A stretch of 32,000 nucleotides of DNA from Candidatus Heimdallarchaeota archaeon (GTDB lineage Archaea > Asgardarchaeota > Heimdallarchaeia > JABLTI01), in the NCBI GenBank assembly GCA_030614005.1, contig JAUWKS010000005.1, forward strand, positions 1 through 32,000, in the 5' to 3' direction. This document shows, piece after piece, positions 9,268 to 19,160 of the stretch (within the stretch, counting starts at the first letter, position 1; each line of letters starts with the position of its first letter). The notes below the pieces were generated by a model, which was not told the origin of the DNA, did not search any database, and was given only the letters and a program-made list of their open reading frames with translations. Both the position numbers and the translations under genes were made by a program.

Positions 9268-9527
9268 TTTAGGTCACTCTTTGGGGAATTAAGAGACTTT
9301 AGAATTATCATAACTTCTAGCTATTAGTTTACCAAAGTATTAATAACACTTAGTTAAACCTTGATAATTAATCTAAATCGCTGCTTTTCAATTTATATAT
9401 TAAAAAAGCTACCCTTCATTAGAATCTAAAGAGCATTGTAAATTAAGATTATTTGTTATGCTAGATATGCACAACTAAGTGAATTGCTAAATAATGATAA
9501 TTGGTCGATTAGGTTAAGGTATCTATA

Positions 9528-11786
9528 ATGACAATGAAAAATCTTGCACTCAAAATTATTGGTATTGATTGTTCTGGTTGCGCAAAAAACTTTGAGAAGA
9601 AATTATTAGCTGAACCAGGAATAACAGATGCAAGGATTAACATTGCTTATAAGAAATTGTTTGTTAATTATGACTCCACTATTATTACTGAAGATGAAAT
9701 TTATGCTCTAGTAAAAAATTCTGGTTTTTCAATAATTAAAGAAGTCTCAAACAAGGGTCAAAAAAACTCACTTTCTTCAAATAAGAGTTTTTTCAAATCG
9801 AGTATTTTTCAGAAAAAGGAAGTTTACACAACAACACTATCTGGCATTTTACTTCTTGTAGGCATTCTTCTAGAATTTGGTTTTAAATTAGAATTAGCTT
9901 CCCTTCTTGTTTATATTTTTGGTACAATAATTGGTGGCGTTTTCATCTTTAAAAAAGCCTTTTTTGCAGCAAAAACGCTAAATTTAGATATAAACGTTCT
10001 AATGACCATTGCTGCAATTGCAGCTTTAATAATTGGCGAAGAGGTTGAAGCAACAAGTATAGTATTTCTGTTTTCCATTGCAGAATTGGCTGAATCGTTT
10101 AGCGTTGAAAGAGCAAAGAACTCAATTGAGAAATTGATTGATTATGCTCCCTCTGAAGCAATTGTTCTTATTGATAAGAAAGAACGCATAATGTTGGCAG
10201 AGGAGGTTGAGGTAAATTCTCATATACTCGTTAAACCAGGTCAACGAATTCCTCTCGATGGGGAAATTTTCTCAGGTGATTCATATGTCAATCAAGCTCC
10301 AATTACGGGGGAATCACTTCCGGTTTCAAAAACAGTTGGAGATGAAGTGTTCGCGGGAACATTGAATGAAGATGGCGCGTTAATCATCAGAGTAACCAAA
10401 CCGTATGAAGAAATTTTCTTGAAGAAAATAATTGCTTTAGTAGAAAATGCTGACCAACGTGCTCCAATCGATCGTTTTGTTGATACCTTTGCCAAATATT
10501 ACACTCCTGTAATGTTTTTAGTTGCTTCATTAACAATGGCGATTCCACCATTTATTACTGGTGATCCTTTCATTGAATGGGTTTATGTTGCGCTAATAGT
10601 GTTAGTTATTTCTTGCCCCTGTGCTGTTGTTCTTTCAACACCAATCACTATTGTTACCGCTTTAAGTCGCTCTGCTCGTAATGGTGTTCTTATCAAGGGT
10701 GGTTTCTATATTGAAAGCATTAGTAAAGCGAATGTCTTTGTTTTTGACAAAACTGGTACTTTAACTGTTGGGCATCCTCAAGTAGAAGAAATAATCTCGA
10801 ATGGTGATATATCACAAGAAGAATTGTTAAAGATAACAGGGTCTCTTGAAAGCAATTCATCTCATCCAATTGCTCGTGCAATAAAGGAAAAGATGCACGA
10901 GAATGATATTGAACCTTACCACGTTGAAGATTTCAAATCAATAGCTGGAATAGGAATACAAGGAGAAATTGATGCTCAGCTCTGGATAATTAGTAGTCCA
11001 AGACTAATAATGGAACGAGAATTAACAATATCAGATTCTCTTGCATCTGAGATTTCTGTAAATCAATCTGAAATGAAAACTGTTGTCATAATAAGTAATA
11101 GCTCAGCAGTTCATGGAATTATTACCATTAGTGATCAGATGAAACCTCATGCAAAGGGTCTTGTCTGTGAATTGAAGAATATCGGGGCAAAGAAAATTGT
11201 TATGCTTACTGGAGATAATGCTAAAACTGCAGCTCGCGTAGCAAATGAATTAGGAATCGAAGATTATCGTGCAGAACTTCTTCCAGATCAAAAGATGGCC
11301 TATATTGAAAAATTGAATGATGAATTTGGTCATGTAGTTATGTTAGGTGATGGAATAAACGATGCACCTTCTTTAGCTCTTGCAGAAGTAGGCATTGCTA
11401 TGGGGGCATCAGGTTCTGATATTGCTTTAGATACGGCGAATGTTGTATTAATGACTGATAGGTTGGATGCACTCCACTATCTAATTACATTGAGCAAAAA
11501 GTCAATGAGAATTATCAAACAGAACATTGGAATAGCTATCATAGTGAAGCTAGTTCTTTTTGTATTGTCATTTATGGGACTAATTTCATTATGGATGGCT
11601 GTTTTAATTGGTGACATGGGTGTTTCTATGTTTGTAATATTTAACGCAATCCTACGTGCACGAGGAAAGAAGATGGAACATCTAAATTGCGATCAAACTT
11701 TATGTTTATTGGATGAATCTTTGCTTAGTCATAAGAGACATGAAGTTTGTAAAGATGGCTGTGCATGTATCCAATGCCATACTTAA
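9528..11786 (+). CDS. zntA: Heavy-metal-translocating P1B-type ATPase (Zn/Cd/Pb, P1B-2 subgroup)
   Basis: N-terminal HMA domain GIDCSGC; TGES; transmembrane SCPC; phosphorylation site DKTGT; HP; GDGINDAP; TM Lys (IIVK) and Asp (GDMG) typical of P1B-2. Confidence 0.93.
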   Translation: MTMKNLALKIIGIDCSGCAKNFEKKLLAEPGITDARINIAYKKLFVNYDSTIITEDEIYALVKNSGFSIIKEVSNKGQKNSLSSNKSFFKSSIFQKKEVYTTTLSGILLLVGILLEFGFKLELASLLVYIFGTIIGGVFIFKKAFFAAKTLNLDINVLMTIAAIAALIIGEEVEATSIVFLFSIAELAESFSVERAKNSIEKLIDYAPSEAIVLIDKKERIMLAEEVEVNSHILVKPGQRIPLDGEIFSGDSYVNQAPITGESLPVSKTVGDEVFAGTLNEDGALIIRVTKPYEEIFLKKIIALVENADQRAPIDRFVDTFAKYYTPVMFLVASLTMAIPPFITGDPFIEWVYVALIVLVISCPCAVVLSTPITIVTALSRSARNGVLIKGGFYIESISKANVFVFDKTGTLTVGHPQVEEIISNGDISQEELLKITGSLESNSSHPIARAIKEKMHENDIEPYHVEDFKSIAGIGIQGEIDAQLWIISSPRLIMERELTISDSLASEISVNQSEMKTVVIISNSSAVHGIITISDQMKPHAKGLVCELKNIGAKKIVMLTGDNAKTAARVANELGIEDYRAELLPDQKMAYIEKLNDEFGHVVMLGDGINDAPSLALAEVGIAMGASGSDIALDTANVVLMTDRLDALHYLITLSKKSMRIIKQNIGIAIIVKLVLFVLSFMGLISLWMAVLIGDMGVSMFVIFNAILRARGKKMEHLNCDQTLCLLDESLLSHKRHEVCKDGCACIQCHT

Positions 11787-11906
11787 TGATCATTAACAAA
11801 ATGGTTATTTTATCTTTTTTTTGCAAACAATATGCAGAGATTATCAACCTATTTAAATAATAAGGGGCATTTTTCTTTTTGAGATATAAAACAACGGTGC
11901 AATTAA

Positions 11907-12515
11907 ATGACAATAAATATGTATAGTTCTGATTCAATCCAATATCTATTAACAAAATGGTTTGATGAAGTGTCAGCAAAACATACACAATACACTGAAA
12001 TGCTTACTAATCACATTGAAACTAGTAATAAGAAAATTCTTGGTATTGCAAAAGAACTTCAAAAAATGCAAAATAAAGTAGTAACTCAAGAAGCGCTTGC
12101 AAAGAAAGCAGAATTAATCAATAATGTTTCTGAGATAGAACCTGATAATATACTATTAATCGAATTTATTTATAGTTATAAAAATTTGATGACTGAAATT
12201 GAAGGATTCAATTTAGAGCTTACTTCAAGAAAAAATATTCTAAAACTGATAAAATCAGAAATAAGATATCTTGACAATTTAATGATTTCACTAAGAAATC
12301 TCGTAAAATCAATTAATGCTGTTTTCAAATCAAATTCAAAACCCAAAAAGAAAAATGAAGAAGAATTTGAGCAATTTTTGAAAGCTTATTCAAGATTATT
12401 GCGTAACCTTGGAAAGGGATTTAGTGATTTCAAATTAGAATTTCAAGATTTAATACTTGAATTAGAAACTGAAGTAGAGCAAGCAAAGAAAATAGATGAA
12501 GAATATACAGAATGA
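11907..12515 (+). CDS. Hypothetical all-helical (coiled-coil/helical bundle) protein
   Basis: 202 aa ORF filling the gap between zntA and a convergent gene; charged amphipathic helices; no recognisable motif. Confidence 0.6.
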   Translation: MTINMYSSDSIQYLLTKWFDEVSAKHTQYTEMLTNHIETSNKKILGIAKELQKMQNKVVTQEALAKKAELINNVSEIEPDNILLIEFIYSYKNLMTEIEGFNLELTSRKNILKLIKSEIRYLDNLMISLRNLVKSINAVFKSNSKPKKKNEEEFEQFLKAYSRLLRNLGKGFSDFKLEFQDLILELETEVEQAKKIDEEYTE

Positions 12516-12529
12516 TATTCTCCTTTTTT

Positions 12530-13420
12530 TTATTTTTCACTTTTTATGAAGATTGCCGCAGCAAACATTTCTGCTAAAACAATAACTAATGAAATAACAA
12601 GCCACGCACTTAGTAAATTTTGACTTGTAAGAATATCTTGTAATCCATACTGAGGTTGAATCATAAAGTCTGCTGCTACAGCTAACTGATGCATGAACGT
12701 CCAATTTTGATAAGTTGCATTTACATAGTTGAATTGTGCAGTAAAATAAACAACAAAGGGAATGATATAAAATAGAAACAATGTTGGCACTATTGCTAAA
12801 GAGCTTGAAAAATTGAAGTAATTTGCTATTACAATGAATAAGGTTGTTGTAGCAATAGCCAATAACGCTCCAATAAATGTTAAGAAGAACGCAGCCATTA
12901 TTAAACCAAAGGATAGGGAAATGCCTGTCCATATCCATAAAATAAGATTAAACATGAAGATAGAAGCAATACCTGTTATTGCAGTACCAATACACGTAGT
13001 TATTGTGTGACCAATATAAATACTAATTTTTCGTATAGGCATTGCGAAATATCTTTGCATACTATCATTTGTGCTCTTTCCAAAGCTGTCCAAAGTTAAC
13101 ATAATAGCTATCATTTGCATTAGAAATTGCCCAAGAATAATATACCCGGCAGCGCTTCTTCTCATAAAAGACTCTACACCAAAATCTATTAGAAACGCTT
13201 CTACCTCTCGAGCAGAGGCATCAAGATAGAATATCGCTGGTAGAAGAATTAATGTTAATGCAATAATGAACTTAGGAGTAATAATGATTCTTTTTGATTC
13301 GAATCTAATTATTTCAAAAATTTCCCTAAAAATGAAATTGTTTTTTAGTTCAAAATCTGATGAAACTCTACTAGTTATTTCAGGTGTTTCGCTCGACATT
13401 TCTAATCTTTCCTTCTGCAT
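12530..13420 (-). CDS. ABC-2 type transporter permease
   Basis: About 6 TMs; EIIRFESKRII N-terminal helix; RYFAMPIRKISIYIG motif; lies 24 nt downstream of an ABC ATPase on the same strand. Confidence 0.75.
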   Translation of the reverse strand: MQKERLEMSSETPEITSRVSSDFELKNNFIFREIFEIIRFESKRIIITPKFIIALTLILLPAIFYLDASAREVEAFLIDFGVESFMRRSAAGYIILGQFLMQMIAIMLTLDSFGKSTNDSMQRYFAMPIRKISIYIGHTITTCIGTAITGIASIFMFNLILWIWTGISLSFGLIMAAFFLTFIGALLAIATTTLFIVIANYFNFSSSLAIVPTLFLFYIIPFVVYFTAQFNYVNATYQNWTFMHQLAVAADFMIQPQYGLQDILTSQNLLSAWLVISLVIVLAEMFAAAIFIKSEK

Positions 13421-13444
13421 TATCTAATGGATTTTTTTTCATTT

Positions 13445-14368
13445 CTAGTTAATCTTTTCTCTTCGCTGTTCAACTAAGGGACGATACGAGAAAACAGGTA
13501 TTTTTGATTTCTGCAATTTGTTTATTATTTCAACGCTTACTTGTAAGGTGTTTTCTGATTTGACCAATATTTTTCTACCTGTTATTTTGAAGTCATATCC
13601 CTCAATTGCAGAATAAATTTCGTTGATATTTGGAGTATCATCAGCTAGAATTATTTCCATTGAATGACATTTGCTCCGAACTGTTTCTGCAATTGGCCCA
13701 TCCGCAATTATTTGTCCACGATCGATTACAATAATTCGATCACTTAAAATCAATGCTTCTTGAATATTATGAGTTGACATAATTATCGTTTTGGATTTAC
13801 GAGCTATATACTCTTGAATAAGCTGATTTATTTTCATCCTTCCTTGAACATCAATAAAGGAAACAGGTTCATCAAAAAGAATGATATCTGGATCTGCAAT
13901 TATCGTTAACGCTAAACTAAATCGTTGTCTCATACCTGATGACATAAGCTTTGGTTGAAGGTCATACCATTTTTGCAATCCTACAACCTCTAACAATCGA
14001 TCAGCTTCTTCATTAGCTATTCCCCAACTTAATCCTCGAATAATTCCAAAATGAACTAATGATTCTCTACATGGAACATCTAAGAAGAAATTCAAATCTG
14101 ACGGCAGATAACCTATTGAACGTTTTACCATTAACTTATTCTTTCTAACATCTAAACCATTAACGTATACATTGCCTGAAGACGGTTTAATTAATCCCAT
14201 AATTACTTTCATTATTGTAGATTTACCTGCTCCATTAGGTCCGAATAAACAAACTCTTTCACCTTGTTTTATATTAATGGAGACATCTCTCAAAGAAGTT
14301 ACTCTTGCACGCGAAATATACCAACCAAATGTCTTGGTAACATTTTCCAATGAAATTATTGTTTCCAT
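13445..14368 (-). CDS. ABC-2 type transporter ATP-binding subunit
   Basis: Walker A GPNGAGKST, Q-loop region GYLP, signature MSSGMRQR, Walker B ILFDEP, H-loop STH; C-terminal regulatory extension. Confidence 0.95.
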   Translation of the reverse strand: METIISLENVTKTFGWYISRARVTSLRDVSINIKQGERVCLFGPNGAGKSTIMKVIMGLIKPSSGNVYVNGLDVRKNKLMVKRSIGYLPSDLNFFLDVPCRESLVHFGIIRGLSWGIANEEADRLLEVVGLQKWYDLQPKLMSSGMRQRFSLALTIIADPDIILFDEPVSFIDVQGRMKINQLIQEYIARKSKTIIMSTHNIQEALILSDRIIVIDRGQIIADGPIAETVRSKCHSMEIILADDTPNINEIYSAIEGYDFKITGRKILVKSENTLQVSVEIINKLQKSKIPVFSYRPLVEQRREKIN

Positions 14369-14535
14369 TTTCAGTAATTCCTAATGATGATGGGATTGGT
14401 TCTTATTGGTATTCCCTAGTTAAAATGTTTTGTGGGATTTGGTTTACTTAAGAGGAATGTTATAAATTAATTAATAGGTAGTATATACGTAATATTGTTT
14501 AATTAGTAATTCTAAAGTAAGTTGGGAAATAAACC

Positions 14536-15387
14536 ATGAAAATACTAAGGAAAAATCATTCTTATCTTCTTTCGTTCATAGTTTTCCTAGTAATTTTAGT
14601 AAGATTATTGCCAGCAAATTCGTTTCCCAATATACAAGATGCTCCTACTCTTTTAGCTGAAGATGAAACTCCCAATCAATTTCCCTTTGTTGGACAAGAA
14701 ACCACTTATGAGGTTATTCAAACAACAGCAGGTGTTCCTGCTGCATCTGGGACATTAAAAGTTCACTATGATAGAATGCTAGATTCTACATCAATACATG
14801 GTTTTTTTGATGTCGAAGTTATCTCACTTATTGAGTACTATAATGAATCTGCTGATGGTTCAGAAAACCTTGAAACAAGGCATCTTAATATTGATGCATC
14901 TGACACATACATAATTGATCTCTTTATGGTACATTTCTTCAGCTGGGAAGGAATAACCCCAACTCCTATGTGGGTTTTCCCTGATGACGTAAAAGTTAAT
15001 GCAACTGTGAAATTCTGGAATTATACTACAACTTGCAAAGCTAGTCATTCAGTATCTTTTAATGATAGGAATTATGAAGTATTTGTTTTCCGGACAAATG
15101 GTACTCTATTAGATATGACTCTTATGTATGGGTTTGGGCGCCATGGTGAGAGTGATTGGTATGGATTATTATTTTATATGTCAGGCTCATTTTACGAGCC
15201 TTATTTAGGTAGCAGAATGGAAGCTACTTTCAAACTAAAAGAAACAAATGTTGAACTTATACCTCTTGCTGAATTGAATAGAAATGTCATCTTAGTTACA
15301 ACAATTTCCTTTTACTCCGTAGTTTTAATTGGTACAGTTACTTATAGATTTAAAACCCGTAGAGACCTTATTGGTGGCGAAATATAG
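14536..15387 (+). CDS. Hypothetical exported protein with C-terminal membrane anchor
   Basis: N-terminal signal-like segment, beta-rich body with sequons (NES, NAT, NYT, NGT), C-terminal TM followed by basic residues (YRFKTRR). Divergent from the ABC-2 pair. Confidence 0.7.
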   Translation: MKILRKNHSYLLSFIVFLVILVRLLPANSFPNIQDAPTLLAEDETPNQFPFVGQETTYEVIQTTAGVPAASGTLKVHYDRMLDSTSIHGFFDVEVISLIEYYNESADGSENLETRHLNIDASDTYIIDLFMVHFFSWEGITPTPMWVFPDDVKVNATVKFWNYTTTCKASHSVSFNDRNYEVFVFRTNGTLLDMTLMYGFGRHGESDWYGLLFYMSGSFYEPYLGSRMEATFKLKETNVELIPLAELNRNVILVTTISFYSVVLIGTVTYRFKTRRDLIGGEI

Positions 15388-15496
15388 TTTTAGTAAAAAC
15401 GTTTCGCTTACATTTTTTATTTGAAAAGCTCAACAAAAGATTTAAAGATAATTAAAGTTTCTCGGAGTATTATTAACAGTGCTTAGGTGAACATCA

Positions 15497-15850
15497 ATGA
15501 GTGCCCAAGAAGTAATCGAATTAACAGAACCTAAAATGTTTGCAAATTGGCGAGAATATCCTATTGAAGTAAAAATTATGGATCTCTCAACACTCGCTTG
15601 GTTAGCTATCTTTATTCTTGAAATATTCTTTCTACTAATAAAATTTGAAGCAAATATCAGAACTTTTCCAATGATTATGATGCCTATCTTCATGTTTATT
15701 GTTACATTTACTTTAAGATTAAAGTTAGTTGATAAACCAGCTGCGATTAAAAATATCTTTGCAATTTGGGTAACTATTTTTCTGTTATTTGCCCTTGGTG
15801 CAATTTTAGTTTTAGCACTTTATCCAGCATTGATGCCTTCAATTGCTTAG
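15497..15850 (+). CDS. Hypothetical small membrane protein (3 TM)
   Basis: SD AGGTGA before ATG; three hydrophobic segments. Confidence 0.65.
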   Translation: MSAQEVIELTEPKMFANWREYPIEVKIMDLSTLAWLAIFILEIFFLLIKFEANIRTFPMIMMPIFMFIVTFTLRLKLVDKPAAIKNIFAIWVTIFLLFALGAILVLALYPALMPSIA

Positions 15851-16015
15851 GGAAATTACTTTCCCTTAATTTATTTCTTTTTATGTAATAGATAAGCTAC
15901 ATTTACCGTAAATGCATAATAGTGGGATTTAAAATATTAATATACCATTTAATTATAATAGCTAAATTCAATAGTTAACATTACCTATGATAAAAGAGGA
16001 AAAAGGTGCAATTCT

Positions 16016-16972
16016 TTGTCTCATAAAAACTTGGATGATATGTCTTCACTTAATAAAGAGCTCTTACAGAAATTATCCAAAAAGGGCTATAATACTATTG
16101 AATCACTTAGCTGGCTAAATCCAGATGAACTCGCAGAAGAAATAAAAATTGATATAGAAACTGCTCAAAAAATTATCAGTGAATCTATTTCAAATATTGA
16201 TTCTCAACAATTTTCCGCTGCTGATTTACTTTTGAAAGAGAAACAAAAGCAAAGAATTTCTACAGGATCAAATAATCTCGATGAACTTCTTGGTGGAGGA
16301 ATTTATACAGGTGAAATTACCGAAATCTCGGGAGAATTTGCTACCGGTAAAACACAAATATGCTTTCAATTATCTGTAAATGTTCAGCTCCCAACTATCC
16401 AAGGTGGTTTAGAAGGTAGCGTTTATTATATTGATACAGAGGGAACTTTTTCCTCAATAAGAGTTGCCCAGATTGCTCGTGAAAGAGGCTTCGACCCTAA
16501 AAAATTTTTAGAAAATATTGCTGTAACACGTACTTTTAACTCTGATCATTTAATGTTTTTAATTATGAATGTTGAGAAAATTATTCGTCAAAGAAATGTT
16601 AAGCTCTTAATTATCGATTCAATAGCATCTCATTTTCGAGCAGAATACATTGGTGATAATAAACTTGTAAAAAGACAACAAGTAGTTATGAGTTTAGCTG
16701 AGACATTGAAAAAACTGCTTGCTCAATTTGAGCTTGCCATAGTGGTTACAAATCAAGTAATTGCCACATTTGATGAAAATCTATTTGATAAATCACCTCA
16801 TCCCGCGTTGGGATTTGCCTGGGCTCATCGACCTCACCAACGACTTCTTCTACGAAAAGGTCGTGGTCCTGCTCGTATTGCTAGAATGTATGACTCATCT
16901 AGGTTGCCGGATAGAGAATGCATCTTCTTTTTAGCAAAACGAGGAATAGTTGATACAGAGAAATCGGTTTGA
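16016..16972 (+). CDS. RadA/Rad51-family recombinase, divergent paralogue type
   Basis: N-terminal HhH-like domain, FxxA polymerisation motif (FSAA), Walker A GEFATGKT, YIDTEGTF, Walker B LLIIDS, VVTNQV. L1/L2 DNA-binding loops diverge from canonical RadA. TTG start with SD AGGTG. Confidence 0.9.
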   Translation: MSHKNLDDMSSLNKELLQKLSKKGYNTIESLSWLNPDELAEEIKIDIETAQKIISESISNIDSQQFSAADLLLKEKQKQRISTGSNNLDELLGGGIYTGEITEISGEFATGKTQICFQLSVNVQLPTIQGGLEGSVYYIDTEGTFSSIRVAQIARERGFDPKKFLENIAVTRTFNSDHLMFLIMNVEKIIRQRNVKLLIIDSIASHFRAEYIGDNKLVKRQQVVMSLAETLKKLLAQFELAIVVTNQVIATFDENLFDKSPHPALGFAWAHRPHQRLLLRKGRGPARIARMYDSSRLPDRECIFFLAKRGIVDTEKSV

Positions 16973-16986
16973 AATATTCTTCAGTA

Positions 16987-17649
16987 TTATTTTACTTGCA
17001 AATGTTCTTTCCAAGATTTTTGAGGAATGTTTAGTATAGAGAAGATTTCGGCAGCAGAAATTTCTCCTTCTCGAGTTATTTGAGGGACTGGTTGAATAGT
17101 AAAATCAATAATTGTTGATGGTTTTCTTTTTGAGATAGATCCAGAATCAAAAATAACATCAATTTCGGATTCATTAAATGATGATATTATATCCTGAATA
17201 TTAAAAGGGGTTGGTTCACCAGTTCTATTTGCACTTGTAGAAATCAAAGGTTTTCCGAGTTGTTGAACAATCGAATTTGCAAATCGGTTGCTAGAAATTC
17301 TGAGAGCGATACTATTCACATTTACTTCATTTGGTATAATCGATTTTTTTGGTAAAGCTATTACTAAAGGTCCAGGATGAAATCTTTCACTCAACATTTT
17401 TGCAGAAGAACTTGCCTCTGCAATTGTATCGATCATCTCAAATGAATCAACAATAACCGAAAGTGGATGATTTTTTTGTCTATTCTTTATTTTAAAAATT
17501 CTTTTTACAGCTTGAACATTTAAAGCATCACACCCTAATCCATAAGCTGTTTCTGTTGGGTAAGCAATCACTCCACTATTTTCTAAAATTTCCACTGCAT
17601 TCTTAACTGCATCTGAATTTTTTCTTTTAGGATCAATTTTTATTATGAT
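16987..17649 (-). CDS. sua5: Threonylcarbamoyl-AMP synthase, short TsaC/YrdC-type Sua5
   Basis: YPTETAYGLG, KNRQKNHPL, HPGPL, STSAN motifs. The frame stays open upstream of the ORF-track GTG (17595) through IIIKIDPKRKNSDAVKNA. Start placed tentatively at ATC 17649; exact start uncertain. Confidence 0.92.
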   Translation of the reverse strand: MIIKIDPKRKNSDAVKNAVEILENSGVIAYPTETAYGLGCDALNVQAVKRIFKIKNRQKNHPLSVIVDSFEMIDTIAEASSSAKMLSERFHPGPLVIALPKKSIIPNEVNVNSIALRISSNRFANSIVQQLGKPLISTSANRTGEPTPFNIQDIISSFNESEIDVIFDSGSISKRKPSTIIDFTIQPVPQITREGEISAAEIFSILNIPQKSWKEHLQVK

Positions 17650-17681
17650 AGTACATCCCTCAAAATGTTAGGAGTTGGTAT

Positions 17682-18722
17682 TTATTCCCATTCTATTTTT
17701 ACCTTATCACTGCGCCAATCTGGTTTGACTTGGGAATCGCTTACTTTTAATTCACCTGATGATTGATATGCTAAGATTCCACCCCATGCAATCATTGTTC
17801 CATTATCACTTGCAAATTGAAAAGGACAAACGGAAAGAGTGAGTTCCCAATCATCGCAAATAGCTTGAAGCATTTCCTGAAACCGTTTATTTCTAGCAAA
17901 ACCACCTACAACTAATAACTCAGTTATACGAGTATGAGCTATTGCTCTTTCCGCAATTTCTGTTAACATGGATAAAGCAGTTTCCTGTAAACTATAAGCT
18001 ACGTCTGCAACATCAACTTTATCTTCTTTTACTAAGCGAATCGCTGCAGTCAATAAACCAGAAAAGCTAACACTCATACCTTTCACACTATATGGCAATT
18101 GATGATAGGTTTTGCCTTTTGCTGCTACCTTATCAAAAAGAGGTCCTGGCCAAGGTTGTTTTGGATCATGTATGCCAACTTCTCTCGAAAATTTGTCAAA
18201 ACAGTTGCCAATTGAAATATCTAAAGTTTCACCAAAAATTGTGTAGTAATTATTTGTTAATGAAGATATTTGAGTTGTCCCGCCACTAACCATCATAATC
18301 ACTGGATTTTTTGAACCCGTAAGTACTTTGCCAATTTCAATATGACTTACAACATGATTTACACCCACTAGAGGGATATCAAGAATATTGGCTAAGGTTC
18401 TGGCTATAACAGCTCCTGTTCGTAAGCAAGGACCCATACCTGGGCCTTGAGAGAATGAAATAAGATTAAGATTTTTTGACTTTAACTTTGCTTGGTTAAG
18501 AGCTTCATTAATTAGTTTTGAAGCAATATCACTGTGATGTCTTGCAGCTTCTCTAGGGTGGATACCTTGCCCAATTGGTGGCAAATAGGATGAACGACAG
18601 TCAGCTAAAACCTTCCCCGAAGAATCTATTATCCCTACTCCAAAAGTATGTGCGGTGCTTTCAATGCCTAAACTAATTAATTTAGGAGTTTCCTTTTTGT
18701 TATTTTTTGGAGAAGAATTCAT
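17682..18722 (-). CDS. kae1: tRNA N6-adenosine threonylcarbamoyltransferase Kae1 (KEOPS), not fused to Bud32
   Basis: LGIESTAHT, HPREAARHH, GPGMGPCLR, metal-binding NHVVSHIE, SGG, GETLD, GNCFDKF, SDNG; adjacent to sua5. Confidence 0.95.
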   Translation of the reverse strand: MNSSPKNNKKETPKLISLGIESTAHTFGVGIIDSSGKVLADCRSSYLPPIGQGIHPREAARHHSDIASKLINEALNQAKLKSKNLNLISFSQGPGMGPCLRTGAVIARTLANILDIPLVGVNHVVSHIEIGKVLTGSKNPVIMMVSGGTTQISSLTNNYYTIFGETLDISIGNCFDKFSREVGIHDPKQPWPGPLFDKVAAKGKTYHQLPYSVKGMSVSFSGLLTAAIRLVKEDKVDVADVAYSLQETALSMLTEIAERAIAHTRITELLVVGGFARNKRFQEMLQAICDDWELTLSVCPFQFASDNGTMIAWGGILAYQSSGELKVSDSQVKPDWRSDKVKIEWE

Positions 18723-18844
18723 TATTTCACGCCTGCTGGGGATACGTTAATCACTAATTCAATAATTGATTATAAAACTCTTTAAAAAGTTAAAGAAAAT
18801 TTGGAAAATACAAGCAGCTATATTAAAAGAAATAGCTGTTGGAA

Positions 18845-19147
18845 TTATTTATTATCAAGTTCCAATGGGAAAACAGTTGCAAGTGCGTTGTATATGGTTT
18901 GATTAACATAACTATCCGCATCTGAAAGCAGTAATTCAAGTACTTTTTGGAGTACAGTTCCATCAGAATCATTCACCGTATCAATTGTGATAATAGCTGA
19001 TAATGTTTGATGGGACGTATGAACATATTTTCCATCCTCAACTTCTTGATAACCTGCACTAACTAAAAGTTTGTGGATTTTTTTCAAATCTTTCTCCAAT
19101 TGTGGAGTTCCGATTCTAAGGATCATTGGTCTCTGTATATTACCCAT
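18845..19147 (-). CDS. Hypothetical 100-aa alpha/beta protein, probably co-transcribed with the Arf GTPase
   Basis: Strong SD AGGAGG; starts 13 nt after the Arf stop codon; no recognisable family. Confidence 0.65.
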   Translation of the reverse strand: MGNIQRPMILRIGTPQLEKDLKKIHKLLVSAGYQEVEDGKYVHTSHQTLSAIITIDTVNDSDGTVLQKVLELLLSDADSYVNQTIYNALATVFPLELDNK

Positions 19148-19160
19148 TGCTATTTTCCTC

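Noticed and set aside
9467-9484. Imperfect palindrome ATGCAC-N6-GTGAAT upstream of zntA as an ArsR/SmtB-type operator
   Set aside because: Only 5 of 6 bp pair, which is expected by chance, and no metalloregulator gene is in the window.
11725-11988. 87-aa minus-strand ORF across the zntA 3' end
   Set aside because: Overlaps two plus-strand genes; composition typical of AT-rich non-coding frames.
18845-19147. 100-aa ORF as KEOPS subunit Pcc1 or Cgi121 because of proximity to kae1
   Set aside because: No recognisable Pcc1 C-terminal motif (D...LR...NS.LR) and too short for Cgi121; it is more tightly linked to the Arf gene.
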